A DNA stretch of 14,349 nucleotides, taken from the IMG/VR virus record IMGVR_UViG_2585427756_000019; one strand, given 5' to 3'. A program made the translations under genes and the position numbers. The stretch is from a virus. Its lineage: Duplodnaviria; Heunggongvirae; Uroviricota; Caudoviricetes. Shown piece after piece: positions 6,660 through 14,349 of this stretch; positions within the stretch are counted from its first letter, which is position 1; the number at the start of each line of letters is the position of its first letter. The notes beneath the pieces were generated by a model that saw only the letters and a list, made by a program, of their open reading frames with translations, had not been told where the DNA came from and searched no databases.

Positions 6660-7107
6660 TTTTCCCCAGCCCGGTGAGATTTACCGTTCTGCCGGTTTTC
6701 CCGATGTGGCCGTGGTCGGCATTCTGGAAGACGGTATTCCGTGGGAAATGCCGTACCGCTGCCCGGACATTGTCTGGAACCCGTACCGCCGTAAATTCAG
6801 TATCCTTGTGCGTATCCTCGCTGACGGGCGCACCACAGACATCCCGCTGGGGCGTTTTCTGCGGGAATTTACCTGTGACCGTCCTGACCTGTTTAAACGC
6901 AGCCCCGTAAACCGGCATGCGGTACTGAAAGAAATGGCCGGAGACCCGGAATTACAGAAATGGCGGGAGAAATATCTGGATATTTACCCGCAGGACACTG
7001 TTCCGGTCAGCCGGGCGGCACCGGTGGCGCGGGAATGGCGGGAAATTCCCCGCACGGAGCCTGACCCGGAAATCACCCCGGATAACAGTTACCGCAATTA
7101 TCTGTAA
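6652..7107 (+). CDS. Hypothetical protein, P4 orf151-like
   Basis: 151 aa, exactly the recalled P4 orf151 length. Start overlaps the upstream stop (operon coupling). Confidence 0.7.
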   Translation: MFDFPQPGEIYRSAGFPDVAVVGILEDGIPWEMPYRCPDIVWNPYRRKFSILVRILADGRTTDIPLGRFLREFTCDRPDLFKRSPVNRHAVLKEMAGDPELQKWREKYLDIYPQDTVPVSRAAPVAREWREIPRTEPDPEITPDNSYRNYL

Positions 7108-7242
7108 TTAAAAAACGACACCCGAAAAATTAAATGTGCGTATTCGCGCAGGGATACGCACGTCTTCAGGAGACGCAGATATGCCTTATCAGTTAATGCA
7201 ACCGGCACGGAATGCAGTCATCTGTCACAGGGAGGAAAACAA

Positions 7243-7563
7243 ATGAAAACACCCTTACCGCCCGTCTTACGCGCTGCCCTTTACCGTCGCGCTGTCGCCT
7301 GTGCCTGGCTGACCGTGTGCGAACGTCAGCACCGCTACCCGCATCTCACCCTTGAGTCACTGGAAGCGGCCATCGCCGCTGAGCTGGAAGGCTTTTATCT
7401 GCGCCAGCACGGTGAGGAAAAAGGGCGTCAGATAGCCTGTGCCCTGCTGGAAGATTTAATGGAATCCGGCCCCCTGAAGGCCGCGCCGTCGCTGTCCTTT
7501 CTCGGGCTGGTTGTGATGGATGAACTCTGTGCCCGTCACATAAAAGCGCCGGTACTGCACTGA
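7243..7563 (+). CDS. Hypothetical protein immediately upstream of alpha (P4 orf106-like)
   Basis: 106-aa ORF with GGGAGG ribosome-binding site about 8 nt upstream. Same strand and operon as alpha. Confidence 0.65.
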
Positions 7564-7577
7564 AGGAGAACAACACC

Positions 7578-9911
7578 ATGAAAATGAACGTAACCGCCAC
7601 CGTCAGCCATGCGCTCGGCCACTGGCCGCGTATTCTCCCGGCGCTGGGGATTCAGGTGCTGAAAAACCGTCATCAGCCCTGTCCGGTCTGTGGCGGGAGT
7701 GACCGCTTCCGTTTTGATGACAGGGAGGGGCGCGGCACCTGGTACTGCAATCAGTGTGGTGCCGGTGACGGCCTGAAACTGGTTGAAAAGGTGTTTGGTG
7801 TCTCCCCGTCCGACGCGGCCGCAAAGGTGGCTGCCGTGACCGGCAGCCTGCCCCCGGCTGACCCGGCAGTGACGGCTGCCGCCGGTGCTGAAACAGACGC
7901 TGCCCGGAAGAACGCCGCCGCACTGGCACAAACCCTGATGGCGAAAACCCGTCCCGGAACCGGTAACGCCTACCTGACCCGCAAGGGCTTTCCCGGCCGG
8001 GAATGCCGGATGCTGACCGGCACACACAGAGCCGGTGGCGTGAGCTGGCGTGCCGGTGACCTTGTGGTGCCACTGTATGACGACAGCGGCGAACTGGTTA
8101 ACCTTCAGTTAATCAGTGCTGACGGCCGTAAGCGCACCCTGAAAGGCGGACAGGTCAGGGGCACCTGTCACACCCTTGAAGGACAGAATCAGGCCGGAAA
8201 ACGTCTGTGGATAGCGGAGGGATACGCGACCGCACTTACCGTGCATCACCTGACCGGTGAAACGGTGATGGTGGCGCTTTCTTCCGTGAACCTCCTTTCT
8301 CTGGCCAGCCTTGCCCGGCAGAAGCATCCGGCCTGTCAGATTGTCCTTGCCGCAGACCGTGACCTCAGCGGTGACGGCCAGAAAAAAGCCGCCGCAGCCG
8401 CAGATGCGTGTGAAGGTGTTGTTGCCCTGCCGCCGGTCTTCGGTGACTGGAATGATGCCTTCACGCAGTACGGCGGGGAGGCCACCCGTAAGGCCATTTA
8501 CGATGCCATCCGGCCACCGGCTGAAAGCCCGTTCGACACCATGAGTGAAGCGGAGTTTTCCGCCATGAGTACCAGCGAAAAGGCCATGCGTATCTATGAG
8601 CATTACGGCGAGGCGCTCGCGGTCGATGCCAACGGCCAGCTTCTGTCCCGCTATGAAAATGGTGTCTGGAAGGTGCTGCCGCCACAGGACTTTGCCCGGA
8701 ATGTGGCCGGGCTGTTTCAGCGGCTGCGCGCGCCGTTCTCCTCCGGGAAGGTGGCCTCCGTGGTGGACACCCTGAAGCTGATTATTCCGCAGCAGGAAGC
8801 CCCCTCCCGCTGCCTGATTGGCTTTCGTAACGGCGTGCTCGACACGCAGAACGGCACGTTCCACCCGCACAGTCCGTCACACTGGATGCGTACCCTGTGC
8901 GATGTGGATTTCACCCCGCCGGTGGAAGGGGAAACGCTGGAAACCCACGCCCACGCGTTCTGGCGCTGGCTTGACCGTGCCGCCGGTGGCCGTGCGGAAA
9001 AACGCGACGTGATTCTGGCCGCACTGTTTATGGTGCTGGCAAACCGCTATGACTGGCAGCTCTTTCTGGAGGTGACCGGTCCCGGCGGCAGCGGCAAAAG
9101 TATCATGGCCGAAATAGCCACCCTGCTGGCCGGGGAGGATAACGCCACGTCGGCCACCATTGAGACGCTGGAATCCCCGCGTGAACGTGCCGCGTTAACT
9201 GGCTTCTCACTGATACGCCTGCCGGACCAGGAAAAATGGAGCGGCGACGGAGCCGGACTCAAGGCCATCACCGGCGGCGATGCAGTGTCCGTTGACCCGA
9301 AATACCGGGATGCGTACTCCACGCATATCCCGGCGGTGATTCTGGCCGTGAACAATAACCCGATGCGCTTCACCGACCGCAGCGGCGGCGTGTCACGCCG
9401 GCGGGTGATTATTCACTTCCCGGAACAGATAGCCCCGCAGGAGCGCGACCCGCAGCTTAAGGACAAAATCACCCGCGAGCTGGCGGTCATCGTGCGTCAC
9501 CTGATGCAGAAGTTCAGCGACCCGATGCTCGCCCGGTCACTGCTTCAGTCCCAGCAGAACTCAGACGAGGCACTGAACATCAAACGGGATGCCGACCCGA
9601 CGTTTGATTTTATCGGCTATCTGGAAACCCTGCCGCAGACCAGCGGCATGTATATGGGGAACGCCAGTATCATCCCGCGTAATTACCGTAAATACCTCTA
9701 TCACGCCTATCTGGCCTACATGGAGGCAAACGGCTACCGGAATGTACTCAGTCTGAAAATGTTCGGGCTGGGGCTGCCGGTGATGCTGAAGGAATACGGA
9801 CTGAATTACGAGAAGCGCCATACCAAACAGGGGATACAGACCAACCTGACACTGAAAGAGGAAAGCTACGGCGACTGGCTGCCAAAATGTGACGCCCCTG
9901 CAACAACCTGA
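7578..9911 (+). CDS. alpha: Alpha protein: bifunctional primase / SF3 helicase with C-terminal origin-binding domain, P4-like
   Basis: 777 aa, the P4 alpha length. N-terminal zinc-binding motif CPVCGGSDRFRFDDREGRGTWYCNQCG, Walker A GPGGSGKS at LEVTGPGGSGKSIMAEIA, AAGGAG ribosome-binding site upstream. Confidence 0.95.
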   Translation: MKMNVTATVSHALGHWPRILPALGIQVLKNRHQPCPVCGGSDRFRFDDREGRGTWYCNQCGAGDGLKLVEKVFGVSPSDAAAKVAAVTGSLPPADPAVTAAAGAETDAARKNAAALAQTLMAKTRPGTGNAYLTRKGFPGRECRMLTGTHRAGGVSWRAGDLVVPLYDDSGELVNLQLISADGRKRTLKGGQVRGTCHTLEGQNQAGKRLWIAEGYATALTVHHLTGETVMVALSSVNLLSLASLARQKHPACQIVLAADRDLSGDGQKKAAAAADACEGVVALPPVFGDWNDAFTQYGGEATRKAIYDAIRPPAESPFDTMSEAEFSAMSTSEKAMRIYEHYGEALAVDANGQLLSRYENGVWKVLPPQDFARNVAGLFQRLRAPFSSGKVASVVDTLKLIIPQQEAPSRCLIGFRNGVLDTQNGTFHPHSPSHWMRTLCDVDFTPPVEGETLETHAHAFWRWLDRAAGGRAEKRDVILAALFMVLANRYDWQLFLEVTGPGGSGKSIMAEIATLLAGEDNATSATIETLESPRERAALTGFSLIRLPDQEKWSGDGAGLKAITGGDAVSVDPKYRDAYSTHIPAVILAVNNNPMRFTDRSGGVSRRRVIIHFPEQIAPQERDPQLKDKITRELAVIVRHLMQKFSDPMLARSLLQSQQNSDEALNIKRDADPTFDFIGYLETLPQTSGMYMGNASIIPRNYRKYLYHAYLAYMEANGYRNVLSLKMFGLGLPVMLKEYGLNYEKRHTKQGIQTNLTLKEESYGDWLPKCDAPATT

Positions 9912-9918
9912 CCCACCT

Positions 9919-9944
9919 GACCGGCATCTGCCGGTCTTTTTTTT
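9919..9944 (+). terminator. Rho-independent terminator after alpha
   Basis: GACCGGC / GCCGGTC stem with a 4-nt loop, followed by eight T (9937-9944), starting 8 nt after the alpha stop. Confidence 0.65.
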
Positions 9945-9960
9945 ATCCCGACATCCCCCG

Positions 9961-10260
9961 AAGGTGAACAATCCAGTGTTCACCCTTCACCGTATATTCA
10001 CCCGTTATCATACTGAAATTAAAAGAGAAAAACGAAAGGTGAACAGTGTGAACAATCAAATCAAAAAAAACTTTTTTCTTCCTGAGTGATTTCAGTACGG
10101 GGGATTAATCACCGGTATGAGTCACACCGACAGAATGCCGGAGGTGAAGAATCGAATGTTCACCCTTCACCCATTATTCACCACCTATCACTCTGAAATA
10201 AAAGGAGAAAAAAGAAAGGTGAACAGTGTGAACAGTTCTTTCGAAAAAAAATTTTTTTCC
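9961..10260. repeat. crr: crr-like cis replication region: two roughly 120-bp direct repeats at 180-bp period, each with TGTTCACC / GGTGAACA iterons
   Basis: Units 9961-10082 and 10141-10260 align with high identity at an offset of exactly 180 bp. Each carries GGTGAACA, TGTTCACC, GGTGAACA and GTGTGAACA motifs. This matches the recalled P4 crr (two 120-bp repeats, 60-bp spacer) about 4.5-4.8 kb from ori. Confidence 0.7.
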
Positions 10261-10513
10261 TGTACGATATAGCATCAATCCAAGTAAAAATGCGCTTTCA
10301 TTTCACATTAACTTACAGCCATTGGTATACGATTAGGTATACGCACAAAAACTGAATTAAACAAAATCATTAAAAATCAAAGCAATACAATATTTATTCA
10401 AACTCCGCCAGCCATGATTGGACGGTGTAAGGACAACACCAACAAAAACAGGAAGTTAGAAGTCTCAGCAAAACACCGACCAGACGGTGAGGAGACATAA
10501 AAGGATACGCAAA

Positions 10514-10565
10514 GGAGCCGCGGCTCCTGGTAACATGAAAGCCCACAGATGTGGGCTTTTTCGTT
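10514..10565. terminator. Two tandem stem-loops downstream of the autotransporter stop (perfect 14-bp palindrome GGAGCCGCGGCTCC and AGCCCAC..GTGGGCT followed by TTTTT on the plus strand)
   Basis: Palindrome at 10514-10527. Hairpin at about 10540-10560 with T5 on the plus strand. Sits between convergent transcription units. Confidence 0.4.
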
Positions 10566-10570
10566 GATGG

Positions 10571-13500
10571 TCAGAACGACCAGTTCACACCAGCTACCGC
10601 GTTCCACGGGGATTCCACACCGGCACTATGGCTATACCCCACCCCAAGATGCCCGCTTAACGTACTGCTGAATGAGGCTTTAATACCTGCCTGGTATATT
10701 CCACGTCTGCCCGACAAATAATTGACGAAATTACCGTCACTATTCACTTTCACCCGGTTATCATCGACAAATTCTTTGCGCACAGCCGCCTTCAGCCACG
10801 GCTCAACTTCCATACCGTTCCCCAGACGCATGTTGTAACTCAGCGTTGCGCCCAGTTCACGATATATACTGCGGGTATCGACTGATTTCGATTTCATGCC
10901 ATTGGATAAATGATATTCGGGGTTATCAGCGGTGAACCCCGTTAACGATGCATACGGCGTCAGGTTCCAGTTACCATCGGTAAATCGCATCCCGGTTTCA
11001 ATGTGACCGCCCAGCCCGTTGCTGTGGTAACTGCCATTGGCGGCTCCACCGCTGCTCATTTTACCTGCTACGTTACTTTTAAAACGGTTCAGCTTCACGA
11101 CACCGTCCAGATAGAAACCACTTTCATGTTCCCAACTGGCATAGCCGCCCAGAGAATAACTGCCCACACTGCCATGTCCTCCGCGATCAAAACCGATATG
11201 TGAATGGGAATAGCCCATAAAAGCGCCTAGCGTGGTAATTCCTTCAGGAATATCATTACGGCTGTCGATCCCCACTGTCATTCCGGTCAGCGTCTGCTCA
11301 AACCCGGCACCCGCATCGGTGGTGACATTATTACGGGTGTTATACGTCGCCCCCCAGACATTATTGTTGTGTGGACTCGCTTTCATTATGTTCAACCGCT
11401 CGCGAATACTGTTTAGCTCAGCATCAAATACCAACGGTAATGTTGCTGCCATATTGAGTACGGCTGCCGTAGAAGGCGTAATGCGTTTCTCCGGAACGGG
11501 TGTCGGCGTTGGATCGGGAGTAGGGTCTGGTTTTGGATTTGGGTCTGGCTTTGGATCGGGTTTTGGGTCTGGCTTTGGATTTGGGATGGGGTCCGGGTTG
11601 GGTTTGACATCATTGGTCAGGTTCCAGTTGCTGTTGCCGTCACTTTTCAGGACATACTCATAGGTCCCAAGATCAACGAAACCGCCGGTATTGCCCAGCG
11701 TAAACGAAGCATCCCCTCCCCCTGTTTTCACCAGCGTCATCGCGTCGTCAGACTGTGGGCTGACGCCGGTATCCTGAACAAAGATTTTAAAATTACCAGT
11801 GGCGTTGTTGTTGACGACCAGTTGATCGCCCCGGGAGCCTGCAACGTTGGTATGCAGGTAGAAATTACCGCTACCGGAAAGTTCATTGGTTGTCAGCGTA
11901 TTGTAGATACCGTTAGTTGTGGCAGGCGCTGCTGTTTGTGCTGACAAATAAACATCACCGTCGTTGAGTAGCAAACTGTTTACTCTATATTCGCAGTTGC
12001 TGGTACCTGCACAGGAATTATTGCTGTTAAGCCAGACACTGCCCCGGCTGGCAGCCGTCAGGTCGGCAAGCGTGGTATCGACGCCATTTCCCAGAGTCAA
12101 TGTCGCGCTATCGGTAATCCGGACCGCCCCTTCGAGTTTAACTGGCGTAACATTATCCCGTGGCGTCATTAACGACAGGCTTCCTGTCGCGCCACTGACC
12201 GATGCATCCGCCAGCGTACCTGCGTAGACGATTGCCGTACCGCCAGCGACCTGGAGATCTTCTGCCCGGGCCAGAGCCTGAAACTCATCTTTTGACCGCC
12301 CAAGGGTATATTGCCCGCCAGAGTTAACCTTTGTGGCGGAGTCCTGACCCAGGTTTTGCATTGCCCCACCCTTGCCAACCGTGGAGTCGCGAGCTTCGGT
12401 ACCTGCTAATACCAATAAATTACCGCCATTTTCCAGCAACATATTGGTCGCTAAATTGCCGGAAATGGAAAAAGTACCGTACTGGTGAGTACCGCTGATT
12501 TCAATACCGTTAGCCGTGCTCGTCTGGAGAGCGGCACCGCTGTTCTGGACGATATCTGTCGCTTTGCCATTATCGTTGACTGTCAGCGTACCGCCTTCAT
12601 TGATCTTTGTTTTTATTGCCTCTCCGTTAGCTGAAACTGTTTGTATTCCGCCGTCGTTAATTGTTGTCTCATTCGCCACACCCTCGACAATTTGTTCACC
12701 GCCGGTGAGCGTCGTGCCTGTCGCAGTGGCTTTTGTTTTGACGATCTCCCGTCCGCCCATATTGACCTGTGTTTTGTCAGAAGAGGTGTCTGACTCCACG
12801 GTTAACACGCCGCCATTTGCCAGCAGGATATTGTTCGCCGCACCCTGCTCGATGCTGAACGCGACGCCATCCGCGCGTGTTCCTGTGACCCGCGTCGCCC
12901 TGGTGGTTGCAACCAAAGCGCCCTGGCTACTCTGCTGTATCCCCGTTGCGCTGCCTTTCTCCCGCACATCGAGTGTGCCGCCGTCATTAAGCACCGAGTT
13001 TTCAGCCAGACCGCCCTCATTAACTACCTGTGAACCCCCATTAATAATGGAACCTTCCGCTGTCCCGTTTGCCATAATTTGTTGTAGGCCAGAGACGATA
13101 TCGGTATTGATTGCCTTACCATAATTCTGAACGGTTTGCGTGCCACCATTGATGTGTGTTTTCTCTGTTGACCCACCATCAACAATTTGTTCACCACTTT
13201 CGATATTTGCTTCAGTGGCTAAACCATATACCGTTTGCTTGCCACCTTTGATATTTGCTTTATCAGAAGTGGCACTGGCATATATTGTTTGGGTGCCAGC
13301 ACTATTGAGTACAGTGCCAACATCTTTTCCATAAACATCCATTTTGCCGTTGGCATTAATAATCGTGTCAACTGCGCGGGAACCAGTGACGACTGTTAAT
13401 GAGCCAGCGTTTTCCAGCACTACATTTTTAGCTTCTGAATTCCTGATGTAGAAAGCATCACCATAACTGTTGGTTCCTTCGATAAGTGTTCCGGAGGTCG

Positions 13501-13718
13501 TGGAAGCAATTAATGCGCCGCCGGATTGTTGCTCAACATGCTTAGCCTCACCACCGTCCTGAACCTCCAGAACGCCGCCATTATTAAGTCTGGTGCTATC
13601 TGTTTTAGCCTCCTTCTGGACAATCAGCTTACCGCCAGTATCAATGGTAGTATTTTTCGCCGAGGTTTTAGCCACTACCGTCAGTTCGCCGGTATTTTCC
13701 AGCACAACATAATTAGCC
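10571..13718 (-). pseudogene. AIDA-I/Ag43-type autotransporter adhesin (beta-helical passenger, Pro-rich linker, C-terminal beta-barrel); 5' end removed by the IS10 insertion
   Basis: C-terminus ...NAVAGVNWSF is an autotransporter barrel signature. Linker PNPDPIPNPKPDPKPDPKPDPNPKPDPTPDPTPTPVP. The passenger has Gly-rich beta-helix repeats. The apparent N-terminus MCIHLNLMIFTKIIRGF is encoded by the IS10 end and there is no signal peptide, so the ORF is a fusion artefact. Confidence 0.85.
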
Positions 13719-14349
13719 CTGATGAATCCCCTAATGATTTTGGTAAAAATCATTAAGTTAAGGTGGATACACATCTTGTCATATGATCAAATGGTTTCGC
13801 GAAAAATCAATAATCAGACAACAAGATGTGCGAACTCGATATTTTACACGACTCTCTTTACCAATTCTGCCCCGAATTACACTTAAAACGACTCAACAGC
13901 TTAACGTTGGCTTGCCACGCCTTACTTGACTGTAAAACTCTCACTCTTACCGAACTTGGCCGTAACCTGCCAACCAAAGCGAGAACAAAACATAACATCA
14001 AACGAATCGACCGATTGTTAGGTAATCGTCACCTCCACAAAGAGCGACTCGCTGTATACCGTTGGCATGCTAGCTTTATCTGTTCGGGCAATACGATGCC
14101 CATTGTACTTGTTGACTGGTCTGATATTCGTGAGCAAAAACGACTTATGGTATTGCGAGCTTCAGTCGCACTACACGGTCGTTCTGTTACTCTTTATGAG
14201 AAAGCGTTCCCGCTTTCAGAGCAATGTTCAAAGAAAGCTCATGACCAATTTCTAGCCGACCTTGCGAGCATTCTACCGAGTAACACCACACCGCTCATTG
14301 TCAGTGATGCTGGCTTTAAAGTGCCATGGTATAAATCCGTTGAGAAGCT
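13719..14349 (+). mobile_element. IS10 (IS4 family; Tn10-type), outside end plus 5' half of the transposase, continues past window end
   Basis: From 13719 the sequence reads CTGATGAATCCCCTAATGATTTTGGTAAAAATCATTAAG..., the IS10 terminal sequence as I recall it. Confidence 0.9.
13826..14349 (+). CDS. IS10 transposase, N-terminal part (open to window end)
   Basis: ATG at 13826 translates to MCELDILHDSLYQFCPELHLKRLNSLTLACHALLDCKTLTLTELGRNLPTKARTK..., the IS10 transposase N-terminus. Not listed in the ORF track because there is no stop in the window. Confidence 0.9.
   Translation, partial: MCELDILHDSLYQFCPELHLKRLNSLTLACHALLDCKTLTLTELGRNLPTKARTKHNIKRIDRLLGNRHLHKERLAVYRWHASFICSGNTMPIVLVDWSDIREQKRLMVLRASVALHGRSVTLYEKAFPLSEQCSKKAHDQFLADLASILPSNTTPLIVSDAGFKVPWYKSVEK

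Noticed and set aside
6402-6918. Minus-strand ORFs (83 and 123 aa) and a 101-aa plus-strand ORF across the epsilon-like and 151-aa genes
   Set aside because: Antisense or alternative-frame to a tightly coupled operon that matches P4 gene sizes.
7346-9983. Multiple ORFs (65-253 aa) on both strands within alpha
   Set aside because: alpha is a 777-aa ORF with primase zinc-binding and Walker A motifs; overlapping frames in this GC-rich gene are expected by chance.
9889-10089. 66-aa plus-strand ORF over the first crr repeat
   Set aside because: Lies entirely in the terminator and iteron repeat; low-complexity translation.
9961-10260. Possibility that the spaced direct repeats are a small CRISPR array
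   Set aside because: Only two units, about 120 bp each, imperfectly identical, no cas genes, and containing alpha-type iterons; this fits a crr replication element instead.
10398-10607. 69-aa minus-strand ORF at the autotransporter 3' end
   Set aside because: Overlaps the autotransporter stop and the terminator hairpins; no support.
11003-13756. Several plus-strand ORFs (64-202 aa) and short minus-strand ORFs within the autotransporter
   Set aside because: Antisense or alternative-frame to a 1067-aa ORF with clear autotransporter barrel and linker features; repetitive passenger sequence gives long open antisense frames.
14067-14255. 62-aa plus-strand ORF inside IS10
   Set aside because: Alternative frame within the IS10 transposase gene, whose real frame starts at 13826 and is open to the window end.

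Overview
This window is almost entirely a P4-like phage satellite prophage in an enterobacterial (E. coli-like) chromosome, bracketed by two unrelated insertion sequences. No searches were run: all identifications are from reading the sequence and recalling the P4 gene order, so family names are hypotheses until confirmed. Left to right: a partial IS629-like IS3-family element (1-553, minus strand) interrupts a P4-type integrase, whose C-terminal part resumes at 554. Overlapping the integrase stop is a 545-aa, strongly AT-rich ORF (1250-2887) of a family I cannot recognise, followed by the P2/P4 cohesive-end sequence (cos, 2903-2921). Then come psu, delta and sid on the minus strand with protein lengths matching P4 (190, 166, 244 aa), a late-promoter dyad TGT-N12-ACA, and six TGTTCACC octamers that look like the P4 ori. 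The rightward operon follows: an 88-aa AlpA/Vis-like gene, a putative RNA-immunity leader, small ORFs of 65, 95, 151 and 106 aa, and the 777-aa alpha primase-helicase. Downstream are two roughly 120-bp direct repeats at 180-bp spacing (crr-like). The right end is a convergent AIDA-I/Ag43-type autotransporter gene (10571-13718, minus strand) whose 5' end is cut by IS10 (13719 to window end). The most interesting object is the 545-aa ORF: it sits exactly where P4 carries gop-beta-cII, the int-cos slot described as an anti-phage defence hotspot, and is compositionally foreign, so it is a candidate undescribed single-gene defence system.
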